Assembly: GCA_020344055.1 (NCBI GenBank) | Contig: CP070813.1 | Location: 230,358-294,357 of the forward strand | Length of the DNA: 64,000 bases | Source: Candidatus Zixiibacteriota bacterium | GTDB taxonomy: Bacteria; Zixibacteria; MSB-5A5; UBA10806 | Direction of reading: 5' to 3' | Shown: one piece after another, positions 1 to 10,451 of the stretch | Position numbering within the stretch: the first letter of the stretch is position 1 | How the letters are laid out: each line of letters begins with the position of its first letter | Notes under the pieces: generated by a model | Told to the model about the DNA's origin: nothing | Seen by the model: the letters and a program-made list of their open reading frames with translations, nothing else | Databases searched by the model: none | Made by a program: the position numbers and the translations under genes

Positions 1-318
1 GCAAATCTCAGATGCTGCCCTTTATCGTCACCGCTCTCCATAATAATAATCAATATCCCGATCGATGGCAATAGAAGATATAACAATTGAGAAATTTTTC
101 TGTGATGAATTGCAAAATATGGAGATGATTTTTCGCAAGACATTCATCGCTCATTAATATATTATTCGACTCTGAAAAATGAAATAATTTAAAAGGGAGA
201 TTAACTGGATCCAATTTACGGACAAACGGCGGCGATATTTACGGCATTATGCTGGGCGTTTACATCGACTTTTTTTGCCATAAGCGGCTCGATAATAGGA
301 TCGGTTAAAGTCAACCGA

Positions 319-1107
319 TTGCGGCTGGCCTTCGCGGCCGTGATGATGGCGGGTTCTCATTATATTCTGTTCGGAAGCTTTTTGCCGCTTGATGCCGGTT
401 TAGACCACTGGTTCTGGCTGGGGCTTTCAGGAATTGTAGGATTTGCTATCGGCGACGCCATGCTTTTCGAGGCGTTCGTAATTGTGGGCGCCAGGATCTC
501 GATGCTTCTTATGTCTCTGGTGCCGATAATGAGCGCCCTTTTCGCCTGGCTCGCGCTGGGAGAGATTCTTAACTCTCTCGAGGTGTTCGCCATCTGCCTG
601 ACTGTAGCTGGTATCGCCTGGGTGGTAAAAGACAAGAACAAAGACGCCAACTGGGTGAAGGGGAAAAAACTCGTTCTGGGAATCGCATTGGGAATAGGCG
701 GAGCACTGGGTCAGACCTTCGGCTTGATTCTCTCCAAGAAGGGCTTGGAAGGCGGTTTCCCGACACTATCCGGCAATCTCATCCGGATATTGTGCGCATT
801 GATCGTAATATGGCTTATCACACTTTTTAGAGGGAAGATATCGGCCACGGTCAAAAGCTTAAAAAATAAAAAAGCGTTATACGCTCTGCTGGCGGGGTCG
901 TTTTTCGGACCCTTTGTAGGCGTCTGGCTTTCGTTGATAGCTATTAAATATGCCCGGATCGGAATCGCCGCCACCCTGATGTCGACCACGCCGATAATCC
1001 TGATACCCATCTCGTACTGGATGTTCAAGGAGAAGATCACCATCCAGACCGTTCTGGGCACCGTGATAGCGATAACCGGGGTGGCGATACTTATTTTATC
1101 TCAATAG
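319..1107 (+). CDS. EamA/DMT-family drug/metabolite transporter (5' end uncertain)
   Basis: Multi-TM hydrophobic protein with duplicated EamA-like halves. The in-frame upstream stretch 205..318 encodes a TM-like segment (IYGQTAAIFTALCWAFTSTFFAISGSIIG) with no ATG/GTG/TTG start, so the true start is unclear. Confidence 0.55.
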   Translation: MRLAFAAVMMAGSHYILFGSFLPLDAGLDHWFWLGLSGIVGFAIGDAMLFEAFVIVGARISMLLMSLVPIMSALFAWLALGEILNSLEVFAICLTVAGIAWVVKDKNKDANWVKGKKLVLGIALGIGGALGQTFGLILSKKGLEGGFPTLSGNLIRILCALIVIWLITLFRGKISATVKSLKNKKALYALLAGSFFGPFVGVWLSLIAIKYARIGIAATLMSTTPIILIPISYWMFKEKITIQTVLGTVIAITGVAILILSQ

Positions 1108-1131
1108 TCCTTAAAAGAGAAAAATGGAGTC

Positions 1132-2400
1132 CTATTTCAAAAGGAGCATCTTTTTCGTTATGTTAAAGGACGTTCCTTTAACGGAATAGAGATAGATGCC
1201 CCCCGAATGGTCGTCCCCGTCCCACATAATATTGTGGTGCCCCTCCTCAAGATATGAATCATGCAGCGATCCGATACTGCGACCCAGTATATCGAAAATC
1301 TCAATGGAAACATCGCCCGCTTCGAATAGATAAAAGCTTACGACGGTTTGTGAATTGAACGGGTTCGGGTAATTTCTTACCAGCCCTATTTTCCCCGGCT
1401 TTTCCGGGGCTTCATCATCTGACGAGGAGAGCTCGAAGTCGCCGCCGCCGTATGCGCCCACGTCGCTGGATATCGTCCCCAATCCCCACAGGCTGTCCAG
1501 GACCAAATCGCGGATGTAGGGAGCGCCGACGTCGATGCAGGGAGAGTCATAGGGAAAGCCGTATTCAGTGGACATCAGATGGAAATCGCCCTGATTCCTG
1601 TCACGGAACTCGGGATTGGCGTTTATGTTGCCCTGACCCGGCCACCCGGCGTAAATATCGCTGTAGTTTACCTGAGGAATCGGAGTCCCCTCCTGATAAA
1701 TTTCGGAGCCTTCCGGCGCGCTGTTTCCCCAGAGGATGCAATTAGTAATATTCGGCGCGGAGAAATTTGAAAAAATCGCCCCGCCGTACCACATGGCGTT
1801 GTTACCGAATATGGTGTTATTGATCATATCCGGCGATGAATATTCGCAGAAAATTCCTCCGCCCCTGCCGCCGTCGGTACCGCTGGCGTTATTATTTATT
1901 ATCAGGTTGTTAATAATAGTAGCCTCGGAATTTTCGCAATATATCCCGGCGCCCTGCCCGTAGGGCCAGAAACCGGTATAGGTTGTATTGTCAACGATTT
2001 TATTGTGCGAGATAACCGGGCTCGAATTTTCGCAATAGATCCCACCGCCGTTATCCGAATATCCATTGGTAATTGTAAAACCGGTAATAACCGCCCGGCT
2101 ATCCTCACCGGTCTGAAATATCACCGCATGACCGGTTCCGCCGCCGTCTATCACGGTAGAATCAATATAGTCCTGGATTCCGGTCGTAATATACTTTGAG
2201 GCCAATACCAGATATTGACCGTTGAAATTAATATTCTCGTAATATATACCCGGGGCTACCAGAAGAGTATCGCCCCCCGAGCAATCATTGATGCCGTCCT
2301 GAATAGTCGGGTATTCACCCGGCACATGCCTTATCCGAGCCTCCGCAATGAAACAAAACAGGCCAACCAGGATCATTGCCAGCACAGAATTTTTCAGCAT
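1132..2400 (-). CDS. Secreted right-handed parallel beta-helix repeat protein with T9SS type-A C-terminal sorting domain
   Basis: N-terminal signal peptide (MLKNSVLAMILVGLFCFIAEA). Repeated N-x-T-I-x-G-N motifs typical of PbH1 beta-helix repeats. C-terminus NYPNPFNSQT...KKMLLLK matches T9SS CTD. Start moved to the internal Met preceding the signal peptide. Confidence 0.7.
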   Translation of the reverse strand: MLKNSVLAMILVGLFCFIAEARIRHVPGEYPTIQDGINDCSGGDTLLVAPGIYYENINFNGQYLVLASKYITTGIQDYIDSTVIDGGGTGHAVIFQTGEDSRAVITGFTITNGYSDNGGGIYCENSSPVISHNKIVDNTTYTGFWPYGQGAGIYCENSEATIINNLIINNNASGTDGGRGGGIFCEYSSPDMINNTIFGNNAMWYGGAIFSNFSAPNITNCILWGNSAPEGSEIYQEGTPIPQVNYSDIYAGWPGQGNINANPEFRDRNQGDFHLMSTEYGFPYDSPCIDVGAPYIRDLVLDSLWGLGTISSDVGAYGGGDFELSSSDDEAPEKPGKIGLVRNYPNPFNSQTVVSFYLFEAGDVSIEIFDILGRSIGSLHDSYLEEGHHNIMWDGDDHSGGIYLYSVKGTSFNITKKMLLLK

Positions 2401-2578
2401 TGCGACGACTCCGCCTAAAGTTTCCTTCTTAACAACACAACCAATTATATAACATAAATATACGCAAAAAATATCCTTAAACAAGATAAAAACGAGCTAC
2501 AGATACCGGAAAAATCCTCCCCGGCTTTTCATGACTAATTTATTGGTTATCAATCAGTTAAAACCAAAATGGTAATTT

Positions 2579-3691
2579 TCAGGCCGGTTTTACTTGCAGT
2601 AATTTCTGATAGACCTTTTCTATAACCTCAAGGGCGTACTCGGTCTCGTCTTCAGTACCGGAGTTTATTCGTATTCCGTTTGGAATACCAAAAGGCTTTA
2701 CATGTCTTAAGATCAGGCCTGAATTCAGGCATTCCTCGTTGAACGATTCGGCGAATTCCGCTGAGGGCATTAACAGGAGCAGGAAATTGGCATGGGTTTT
2801 AACGTATTCTATTCCGATTTTATTGAATCCGGCAATCATTTGCCTGAGAGATTTCTCATTAATCTCCAACGTCTTTTTAAGAAACTTATCATCGTCCAGG
2901 GCGGCCACCGCCGCTTTCTGGGCGGCGTGGTTCGGTTCGAACGGCAATTTCACTTTGTATAGTTCGCTTATAATCTCTTTGGGCCCCGCCGCAAATCCGA
3001 CCCGTAAACCTGCCAGGCCGTATGTCTTCGACAAGGTCCTGGTTACAATCAGGTTGTCGTATTCGTAATCGAGCCCATTGGGAAAATCGGGATCTCTTGA
3101 CACGAACTCCGTATAAGCCTCGTCAAGAATGACCAGGATATCCCGGGGCACCCGGGCGATGAATTCCTCAAACTGCCTTTTCGTAAATATGGTGCCGGTG
3201 GGATTGTTGGGATTTGCCAGGTAAATAATTTTTGTTTCAGGGGAAATCGAAGAACCGATAGCTTCCAGGTCGTAGGTATAATTTTTTAAAGGCACCAATG
3301 ACAACTTGCGGCCGAGTTTCCGCACATTAACATATATTCCAATAAAGGTACCGTTCGAAGTCAGAACCTCATCATTCTCCCTTGTGAACGCGCACAGAAT
3401 GTATCCCAATAGAGCATCCACTCCATGCCCGCAGATTACCTGATCGGGATTTTTGCCAAATTTCGCCGCTATTTTAGATACTAATTCCGGCGCCTCTCGA
3501 TCCACATAGCGATGGACCTCGGATAGATTTTCTATCACCGCCTTCATCGCCTGAGGCGAGGGGCCCAATGGATTCTCGTTTGAGGCAAGTTTGACGATTC
3601 TTTTTAGCGATTTTTCTCTGGCCAATTCGCTGATCGGTTTGCCGGGAATATACGGTTTTAGATTTATAATCCATTCCGGGATCTTTATCAT
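2579..3691 (-). CDS. hisC: Histidinol-phosphate aminotransferase
   Basis: N-terminus LKPYIPGKPISELAREKSL...LASNENPLGPSP and 370-aa length fit class-II aminotransferase HisC. Confidence 0.8.
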   Translation of the reverse strand: MIKIPEWIINLKPYIPGKPISELAREKSLKRIVKLASNENPLGPSPQAMKAVIENLSEVHRYVDREAPELVSKIAAKFGKNPDQVICGHGVDALLGYILCAFTRENDEVLTSNGTFIGIYVNVRKLGRKLSLVPLKNYTYDLEAIGSSISPETKIIYLANPNNPTGTIFTKRQFEEFIARVPRDILVILDEAYTEFVSRDPDFPNGLDYEYDNLIVTRTLSKTYGLAGLRVGFAAGPKEIISELYKVKLPFEPNHAAQKAAVAALDDDKFLKKTLEINEKSLRQMIAGFNKIGIEYVKTHANFLLLLMPSAEFAESFNEECLNSGLILRHVKPFGIPNGIRINSGTEDETEYALEVIEKVYQKLLQVKPA

Positions 3692-3800
3692 TTCCTCACA
3701 CCACCACTACTTTGCTAAATCCGGGAGGTTCCGTCATTTCAGGAGCCTCGGTTGCACACAATTGACCGCCAATAAAGCGATTTTCGTCGAAAATATCCAC

Positions 3801-4265
3801 CTATTCTTTGAGGGAATGGATTATTTTTATAGGATCTCCTTCACGCAATTGCCCGCCCGCCAGTGGCCTCGCGAAAACCCCCTCCAGGGGCATTATACAA
3901 TCCCCAACCGCCTGCTTTATAACGCAATCATTATGGCATTCTTTGCCGATCTGTATCACTTCCAGGACGACCGTGTCTCCCAGCGCGATTCGCGATCCAA
4001 CAACAAGTTTTGAAAAATCCAGATCTCTGGTAGTAATATTCTCCGCGAAATCGCCGGGATCGATCTGAATCTGACCTGCGTCCATTTTGGAGAAGCTTTC
4101 ATACGGCAGAAGGCTCACGGGCCTGTCGCTTCCGAAATGAGCGTCGCCCTCGATCCCCTTTCCGACAACAACTTTAACCGAGGGGACATTCTCTTTTTTC
4201 TCCCCTATGTGTGTGGAAATCGAAAGTCTATAAATGCAGGGTCTTGGCGGGATTTCGTTTTTCAT
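3801..4265 (-). CDS. MOSC-domain protein (Moco sulfurase C-terminal-like, YiiM-like)
   Basis: 154 aa with GKGIEGDAHFG...ENITT...GD..LE..Q...C..C motifs characteristic of MOSC beta-barrel proteins; last gene of the Moco operon. Confidence 0.6.
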   Translation of the reverse strand: MKNEIPPRPCIYRLSISTHIGEKKENVPSVKVVVGKGIEGDAHFGSDRPVSLLPYESFSKMDAGQIQIDPGDFAENITTRDLDFSKLVVGSRIALGDTVVLEVIQIGKECHNDCVIKQAVGDCIMPLEGVFARPLAGGQLREGDPIKIIHSLKE

Positions 4266-4309
4266 TCCATTAACAAAAGAGACTGAATGTCATTGTCAGC
4301 ATTTCAATA

Positions 4310-4798
4310 TCAATCGTCTTCCCGTTTCCAATCGCCGCTGCGACCGCCCGATTTCTCCAGCAGCTTTATATAATCGATTTTCATACCACGGTCTACGGCT
4401 TTACCCATATCGTACACGGTCAGGGCCGCCACGGCCGCCGCTGTTAAGGCCTCCATCTCGACCCCGGTTTTATAATGGGTCCCGGCTTCCGATCTTATCG
4501 TAACAGAGGGCGGTTTGTCCGAAAGCTCAAATTCCACAGATACGTAATCCAGAGGGAGTGTATGGCATAAGGGGATCAATTCCGCTGTTTTTTTGGCGGC
4601 CTGGATTCCCGCTATGCGGGCTGTCGAAAGTACGTCCCCCTTGGCAAGATTATTTTCTTTTATGGCCGAAAGCAGTTCCCGGGAAAACAAGATCCTCGCT
4701 TCCGCCACCGCGCGCCTGTCGCTTTCGGATTTTCCGCCGATATCGACCATCCGGGCCTCGCCCCTGCGGTTGACATGACTCAGATTCTTCTTTTTCAT
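4310..4798 (-). CDS. moaC: Cyclic pyranopterin monophosphate synthase accessory protein MoaC
   Basis: LSHVNRRGEARMVDIGGK...ELIPLCHTLPL match the MoaC signature; 4-nt ATGA overlap with upstream moaA. Confidence 0.9.
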   Translation of the reverse strand: MKKKNLSHVNRRGEARMVDIGGKSESDRRAVAEARILFSRELLSAIKENNLAKGDVLSTARIAGIQAAKKTAELIPLCHTLPLDYVSVEFELSDKPPSVTIRSEAGTHYKTGVEMEALTAAAVAALTVYDMGKAVDRGMKIDYIKLLEKSGGRSGDWKREDD

Positions 4799-5775
4799 CC
4801 GCCGATTTCCCGCATCGATGGTTTGAAACCGTTGATTATATTTATATCAGGCGATTTTCTATATAATTTTTCCCTAAAACTGTACTCAATCATCCTGGCC
4901 AGTTCATCAATCGATCCCGTCTCTTTAACAATTGGACCCAGTTCGATCGAACTGCCGTCATATAAGCATCCCAGCAGATCGCCCCGGGAGGTCAGCCTCA
5001 GCCTGTTGCATCTGGCGCAAAAACTCCTGCTGATCGCCGATACGAAACCGATCCGGCCGGGGTAATCGCCATGCTTATAGATCTTAGCCGGCCCTGCATT
5101 AAGATTGTTTATCAATAGCGGTTCCAGCTCTAAATCCATTTTCTGCCTGATCTCATCTTCTCCCACAAACAGCTCTTCTCCCCAACCGGGGCTATTTGAG
5201 GGCATAAACTCAACAAATCTTAAATCGATATTTCTGGGCAAAGCCCATTTGGCGAATAGGGGGATTTCATGATCATTTATGCCCCGCATTACGACCACGT
5301 TTATCTTAACATGCCCGAACGCCTGACTGCGTTCGGCAAGATCAATGGCCTCCAGGACATCCGCGAGCCGGTCTTTTCCGGTGATTTTTTTATATGTAGC
5401 CCTATCCAGAGAATCGAGGCTGATATTCAACCTGTTGAGCCCCGCCCTGACAAAGGCGTCCAGTCTCGGACCCAGCAGGGTGCCGTTGGTGGTCAAGCCA
5501 ATAATCTTTATCGATTCAATTTTCGACGTTTCCTTAATTATATCTTCGAGTTTTTCGCGAAGCAACGGCTCGCCACCGGTGTACCTGATTTTATCAATTC
5601 CCAAAAGGGAAAACGCCTTTATGAGCTTAAGGAGAGTATTATCGGATAGCCGCCTCTTGGGATCATCACCGTTTCGCGAACCGCCATAACAATAACCGCA
5701 ATCCAGGTTACATCTTTCGGTCAGCGAAACCCTGAGATATGAAATCGATCTTCCGTAAATATCCTTCAGTATCAT
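4795..5775 (-). CDS. moaA: GTP 3',8-cyclase MoaA (radical SAM)
   Basis: LTERCNLDCGYCY radical-SAM CxxxCxxC motif near the N-terminus, 326 aa; C-terminal CARCNRLRLTSRGDL second Fe-S motif. Confidence 0.9.
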   Translation of the reverse strand: MILKDIYGRSISYLRVSLTERCNLDCGYCYGGSRNGDDPKRRLSDNTLLKLIKAFSLLGIDKIRYTGGEPLLREKLEDIIKETSKIESIKIIGLTTNGTLLGPRLDAFVRAGLNRLNISLDSLDRATYKKITGKDRLADVLEAIDLAERSQAFGHVKINVVVMRGINDHEIPLFAKWALPRNIDLRFVEFMPSNSPGWGEELFVGEDEIRQKMDLELEPLLINNLNAGPAKIYKHGDYPGRIGFVSAISRSFCARCNRLRLTSRGDLLGCLYDGSSIELGPIVKETGSIDELARMIEYSFREKLYRKSPDINIINGFKPSMREIGG

Positions 5776-6278
5776 AGATCGGGCTTCTTTCCGTTTATCA
5801 GATCCAGGGCATGACGTAACGCCGGAACCACAACATTCAGATTTTCCAACGCGCCTTGCGGATTCCCCGGAAGATTAATTATTAAGATTCTATCGGCGAT
5901 GCCCGCGACCGACCTCGATAGCATCGAGTTCGGTGTAAATTTCGCCGATTCCCGTCTCATGGCCTCCTCGATTCCGGGAATTCGTTTTTCAATCACCTTC
6001 AATGTCGCCTCAGGTGTAACATCCGTCGGCGCTACACCGGTTCCCCCCGATGTTATAATAAGATCGACTGTTCCCGTTTCAATCCAGCTTTTCAAAACCT
6101 TGAGTATTTTTTTTTCACTATCAGGTACTACTTCGCGAAATATTATCTGAAAACCTAAATCCTTCAAATGATTTTCCAGCATAGGACCCGAGGAATCTTT
6201 CCTGCTCCCCTCATAGGCCCGGTCGCTGGAGATTAATATGGCGGCTTTATATTCACCCACGGCAGTATCCATTATCAA
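5772..6278 (-). CDS. moaB: Molybdopterin adenylyltransferase / Moco biosynthesis protein MoaB (MogA family)
   Basis: 168 aa, AILISSDRAYEGSRKDSSGP...ITSGGTGVAPTDVTPEAT...GNPQ motifs of the MoaB/MogA fold; overlaps neighbours by 4 nt. Confidence 0.8.
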   Translation of the reverse strand: MIMDTAVGEYKAAILISSDRAYEGSRKDSSGPMLENHLKDLGFQIIFREVVPDSEKKILKVLKSWIETGTVDLIITSGGTGVAPTDVTPEATLKVIEKRIPGIEEAMRRESAKFTPNSMLSRSVAGIADRILIINLPGNPQGALENLNVVVPALRHALDLINGKKPDL

Positions 6279-7093
6279 TAAATAACCTTTGATACTTTAT
6301 ATTGTTCCAGGGCTCTGACAACGCCGTCGGCGACGGCCCGGGCTTTATCCGATATCTTATAACAGAGCTCTTTGTCGCCGCGCGGATCTATATCGCCGAT
6401 CTTCTGGCCCTTCTCCACTTTTAATCCGTCCCGGCATATTCCCCTGAGCACGCCGTCCATTTCACTCCTGATTGCCATGCCGCCGATTTCCGCCACAACA
6501 TCGTTTTCCCTGATCAGGTCTCCAATCTCATATTTGGGGCTGATAACACCATCAACGGGAGATCTCAGCACCCGCTCGGTGGTAAAACCATTGACGGGCG
6601 CCGGGATGGCGGTATCCTCCCGGGGCGCTTCTGTTGATAAAACTCTTCCGAGATTCGGCCCGCGATTTGTTTCTATGGCCAGATGGCAATTATCCCCGGG
6701 ATAAAAACCGGGACCCAGGCCGATAACGAGTCCCGCCATATCTTTCGAAACATCGATATCCTTCTTCAACATGCGGCCGTCGATTAATATATCAGTTTTT
6801 AAATTTTCCAGGAGCCTTACCTCAGGATCTACCAGAATCGACACTATGCCCGATTCTGCCAACATTAATGCCTCATCCGGATCAGCGGCCGATCTCCCTT
6901 TTACTCCCTCAATTTCAATTTCGCCGGTATAAACAGCTTCGGCGAAACAAACATACCTTCTCACACAGCATGGCTCCGGCCGTTCGAGAGCGATTACGCT
7001 ATATCTTTTTTTAAATAATCTGAAAATAATCCCCGAGGCCAACTCCCCGGCCCCTCGGACAATAACTTGTTCCTTTCGATCACTGCGTTTCAT
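6275..7093 (-). CDS. Molybdenum hydroxylase maturation-associated protein (putative YqeB/EF2563-family, selenium-dependent Mo hydroxylase system)
   Basis: About 272 aa with Rossmann-like VRGAGELASGIIFRL N-terminus, sandwiched between XdhC and MoaB in a coupled operon that also has a YgfJ/MocA-like gene; the family assignment rests on this context and is not verified. Start taken at the internal Met that gives a 4-nt overlap with xdhC. Confidence 0.4.
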   Translation of the reverse strand: MKRSDRKEQVIVRGAGELASGIIFRLFKKRYSVIALERPEPCCVRRYVCFAEAVYTGEIEIEGVKGRSAADPDEALMLAESGIVSILVDPEVRLLENLKTDILIDGRMLKKDIDVSKDMAGLVIGLGPGFYPGDNCHLAIETNRGPNLGRVLSTEAPREDTAIPAPVNGFTTERVLRSPVDGVISPKYEIGDLIRENDVVAEIGGMAIRSEMDGVLRGICRDGLKVEKGQKIGDIDPRGDKELCYKISDKARAVADGVVRALEQYKVSKVIY

Positions 7094-7884
7094 TTGAATT
7101 TCGAGATCTTTCCTTTCCATGCCGCTATAAGCTCGGCCGCGATCGAGACAGCTATCTCATATGGCCCTTCGGCACCGATATCGAGCCCCACCGGCGCATG
7201 AACAACGGATAATTTCTTTTCACTTATACTGGCCTTTTTCAATAATTCGAATACCTTGGCGACCTTTTTTTGCGACCCGATCATGCCGACATACGCGCAC
7301 TCATAACCCAGGACTTTCTCCAGCACGTTCCTGTCGGAATTATGACTCCTGGTAACGATAACCACATAGCAGTTCTCATCCAGCGCCGGGATATGGGCCA
7401 GATATTCGTCGTCGGTGAGAACCGTTGTTATGCCGGTATCGTAACCTTTTAAGATATCTTCCCGGTCATCCACCACGGTTATGGAGAAATCGAGATTTTT
7501 AGCGACCTTCACCAGATCTCTCCCGACATGGCCACCCCCGAATATCACCAGCCTTTTCGGTTTTCCGAATTTCTCCATAAAAACCTTGGCCTCCCCGCCG
7601 CAGCTCATGCCGGTGGAATCGGAACCCTCTCCTGTGAATTTGTATTTCTTCAATTCCGTTTCCAGATCCCCCTGGAACAGGCTTACACAATCATCGATTA
7701 CCAGCTTTTCGAACTTCCCCCCTCCGATTGTCCCATAAATTGACCCATCCGGGTAAACCAGCATCCTGGCGCCGACCTGACGCGGGGCGGAACCGGCGGT
7801 CTGAACGATGGTTGCCAGCGCGAAAGGTCTCCCCTCCCCGATATTACGATTTATCTGGTTGAAAATATCGGCTGTCTCGGTCAT
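7090..7884 (-). CDS. xdhC: XdhC/CoxI-family molybdenum hydroxylase accessory (Moco insertion) protein
   Basis: N-terminal XdhC_CoxI domain (RPFALATIVQTAGSAPRQVGARMLV...DGSIYGTIGGG) followed by the Rossmann XdhC_C part (LVIFGGGHVG). Confidence 0.8.
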   Translation of the reverse strand: MTETADIFNQINRNIGEGRPFALATIVQTAGSAPRQVGARMLVYPDGSIYGTIGGGKFEKLVIDDCVSLFQGDLETELKKYKFTGEGSDSTGMSCGGEAKVFMEKFGKPKRLVIFGGGHVGRDLVKVAKNLDFSITVVDDREDILKGYDTGITTVLTDDEYLAHIPALDENCYVVIVTRSHNSDRNVLEKVLGYECAYVGMIGSQKKVAKVFELLKKASISEKKLSVVHAPVGLDIGAEGPYEIAVSIAAELIAAWKGKISKFK

Positions 7885-8477
7885 ATCACGGATTCGTTAA
7901 TTACATTGTTGTAGTCTTCGACGGTGTCTATATCGATCTGGGAGCTTCCGTCGTAAATAATTACGGCTTCATCCCGGTATTTTTCGAATATGGCGTTTCC
8001 CGCCGGCTCGCCTTCGAGCTTCATTAAATCGTCGAAAAGCGCTCTGGAAAAGATCACCGGATGGCCACGGCCGACAGGTGTTTGAATATACAGGATTAAG
8101 GGCGATTCGCTTTTGAACATGCTTATAGCTTTCTTTATAAGGTCGGATTTTACCGATGGTTTATCAGCCACCATAAACAGTGCAGCTTCCGATCTCTTGT
8201 CAATATTTCTCAAAGCGCATTTGATCGACTCAGCTCTACCTTTATTATATTTTTCATTAAAGACGATCTTTACATTACTCAAGGACTTACTCTCAATCAA
8301 GCGTTTCGCCTTCTCCCCCTGGTATCCCAGAACCACCATAATCTCGGCCAGCCCGGATTCAGCCAGTTGAAAAAGCGATTCCTCGATGACAGTATGCCTC
8401 CCGAAGGGCAAGAGCAGCTTGTTCTTACCCATCCTCTCCGATTTGCCCGCGGCCAAGAGAACGCCGGAAATTTTCAT
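7881..8477 (-). CDS. MobA/MocA-family molybdenum cofactor nucleotidyltransferase (YgfJ-like)
   Basis: ISGVLLAAGKSERMGKNKLLLPF N-terminal NTP_transf_3 motif, 198 aa; first gene of the coupled operon. GTP versus CTP specificity cannot be decided from sequence. Confidence 0.7.
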   Translation of the reverse strand: MKISGVLLAAGKSERMGKNKLLLPFGRHTVIEESLFQLAESGLAEIMVVLGYQGEKAKRLIESKSLSNVKIVFNEKYNKGRAESIKCALRNIDKRSEAALFMVADKPSVKSDLIKKAISMFKSESPLILYIQTPVGRGHPVIFSRALFDDLMKLEGEPAGNAIFEKYRDEAVIIYDGSSQIDIDTVEDYNNVINESVI

Positions 8478-8724
8478 CCTATCTCCACCTGCAAAACATA
8501 CCGGCGACCAGTTCCAATCCCGAACTTATCATGACGTCTCAAATTACAGGTAGTATGATCCTCAGTCAAGTCGATTCAAACCGGTATCCGGCAACATTGC
8601 CTTGTTTATCGATAAAAGATCGCGACGGAAAATGTTTTATTAGATGGAAAAAACCCGGATAATTTATTAAAATGAAAGGTCGACAAGTTTGGTAAGTTAA
8701 AAGAAATAAATCCGGAGCCGGATC

Positions 8725-10440
8725 TTGAATTCCAATAAAAAAGAAAAAAAGAATGCTGATATTGAGGTCGGATCGACCAAACCGACCAACTTCATCAAAG
8801 AGATCATAGAAGAGGATATCGAAAAGGGCAAGAACGACGGCCGGGTGCATACCCGTTTCCCGCCGGAGCCGAACGGTTATCTTCATATCGGCCACGCCAA
8901 GTCCATCTGCTTCAATTTCGGGGTCGCGCAGGAATACAACGGTCTTTGCAACCTCCGGTTCGACGATACCAATCCCACCAAGGAAGAAACCGAATATGTC
9001 GATTCCATCATGGCCGATATCCGCTGGCTGGGGTACGACTGGGAGAACCGGCTCTATTATGCCTCCGATTATTTCGGGACTCTTTACGAATACGCCGTCG
9101 ACCTCATCAAAAAAGGCAAAGCCTACGTCTGCGATCTGAGCGCCGACGAGATAAGGGAATACCGGGGCACTCTGACCGAGCCGGGAAAAGAGAGCCCCTA
9201 TCGCAGCAGATCCGTTGAGGAAAACCTCGATCTGCTTGAGCGGATGAAAAACGGCGAGTTCCCAAATGGAGCCCGGGTATTGCGGGCCAAAATCGATATG
9301 GCGGCGGGTAACCTCAACATGCGCGATCCGGTCATGTACCGGATATTGCACGCCGGCCATCACCGTACGAAAAACGAATGGTGCATATATCCCACCTACG
9401 ATTGGGCGCACGGGCAATCCGACTCCATCGAAGGGATAACGCACTCCCTCTGCGATATAGCCTTCGAGGATCACCGGCCCTTATATGACTGGTTTTTGAT
9501 ACAGCTCGGAGTTCACAAACCACAGCAGATCGAATTCGCCAGGCTGAACCTCACCTATACCATATTGAGCAAGAGATTTCTCCGACGGCTGGTGGAGGAA
9601 AGGTATGTCAACGGCTGGGACGATCCCCGTATGCCGACACTGAGCGGATTGCGCCGACGGGGCTATACCCCGGAATCGATCCGCAACTTCCAGGAACGGA
9701 TCGGGATGGCCAAACGGGCCAGCGTGGTCGATATCGCCCTCCTGGAACACACGCTCCGGGAGGATCTGAATGTCCGGGCCAACAGGGTCATGGCAGTGCT
9801 CAATCCCCTGAAGGTGGTCATCGAGAATTATCCCGAGGATAAGGTCGAGGAATTGAACGCCATCAACAATCCCGAAGATGAGAGCGCCGGAAGCCGCAAG
9901 ATACCGTTCTCAAGAGAAATATATATCGAGGCCGACGATTTCATGGAGAATCCGCCCAAGAAATTCTTCCGCCTTTCGCCCGGTAACGAGGTCAGGCTAA
10001 AGCACGCCTATTTCATCAAGTGCGAAAAGGTGATAAAGGACAAAAGCGGCAAAGTAATTGAGCTTCGCTGCAGTTACGATCCCGCCACTAAAAGCGGCGA
10101 GGCCACCGACGGCCGCAAGGTCAAGGGAACCCTGCACTGGGTATCGGCAGGACATGCCGTCGACGCCGAGGTGCGCCTTTACGATCATTTGTTCACCAAA
10201 GAAGATCCCAACGAGGTCGAGGAGGGCAAAGATTTCACCTCCAATATAAATACTGATTCACTTAAGGTGCTTTCCGGATGCAAAGTGGAGCCTTCCCTGG
10301 CCTCCGCCAAGCCGGGCGATCGTTTTCAGTTTCTACGCCACGGTTACTTCTGCATGGACCCTGATACAAAAAACGGCAAGCTCGTTTTCAACCGCACCGT
10401 CGGCCTGCGGGACACCTGGGCCAAGGTGAAGGGGAAATAG
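8725..10440 (+). CDS. glnS: Glutaminyl-tRNA synthetase
   Basis: [61 protein letters not shown] is almost residue-for-residue the E. coli GlnRS N-terminus with the HIGH motif; 571 aa. Confidence 0.9.
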   Translation: MNSNKKEKKNADIEVGSTKPTNFIKEIIEEDIEKGKNDGRVHTRFPPEPNGYLHIGHAKSICFNFGVAQEYNGLCNLRFDDTNPTKEETEYVDSIMADIRWLGYDWENRLYYASDYFGTLYEYAVDLIKKGKAYVCDLSADEIREYRGTLTEPGKESPYRSRSVEENLDLLERMKNGEFPNGARVLRAKIDMAAGNLNMRDPVMYRILHAGHHRTKNEWCIYPTYDWAHGQSDSIEGITHSLCDIAFEDHRPLYDWFLIQLGVHKPQQIEFARLNLTYTILSKRFLRRLVEERYVNGWDDPRMPTLSGLRRRGYTPESIRNFQERIGMAKRASVVDIALLEHTLREDLNVRANRVMAVLNPLKVVIENYPEDKVEELNAINNPEDESAGSRKIPFSREIYIEADDFMENPPKKFFRLSPGNEVRLKHAYFIKCEKVIKDKSGKVIELRCSYDPATKSGEATDGRKVKGTLHWVSAGHAVDAEVRLYDHLFTKEDPNEVEEGKDFTSNINTDSLKVLSGCKVEPSLASAKPGDRFQFLRHGYFCMDPDTKNGKLVFNRTVGLRDTWAKVKGK

Positions 10441-10451
10441 GACATGAGTTA

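Noticed and set aside
8566-9474. 302-aa minus-strand ORF
   Set aside because: Lies entirely antisense to the well-supported glnS; low-complexity Gly/Val/Pro-rich translation typical of antisense frames in GC-rich codon usage.
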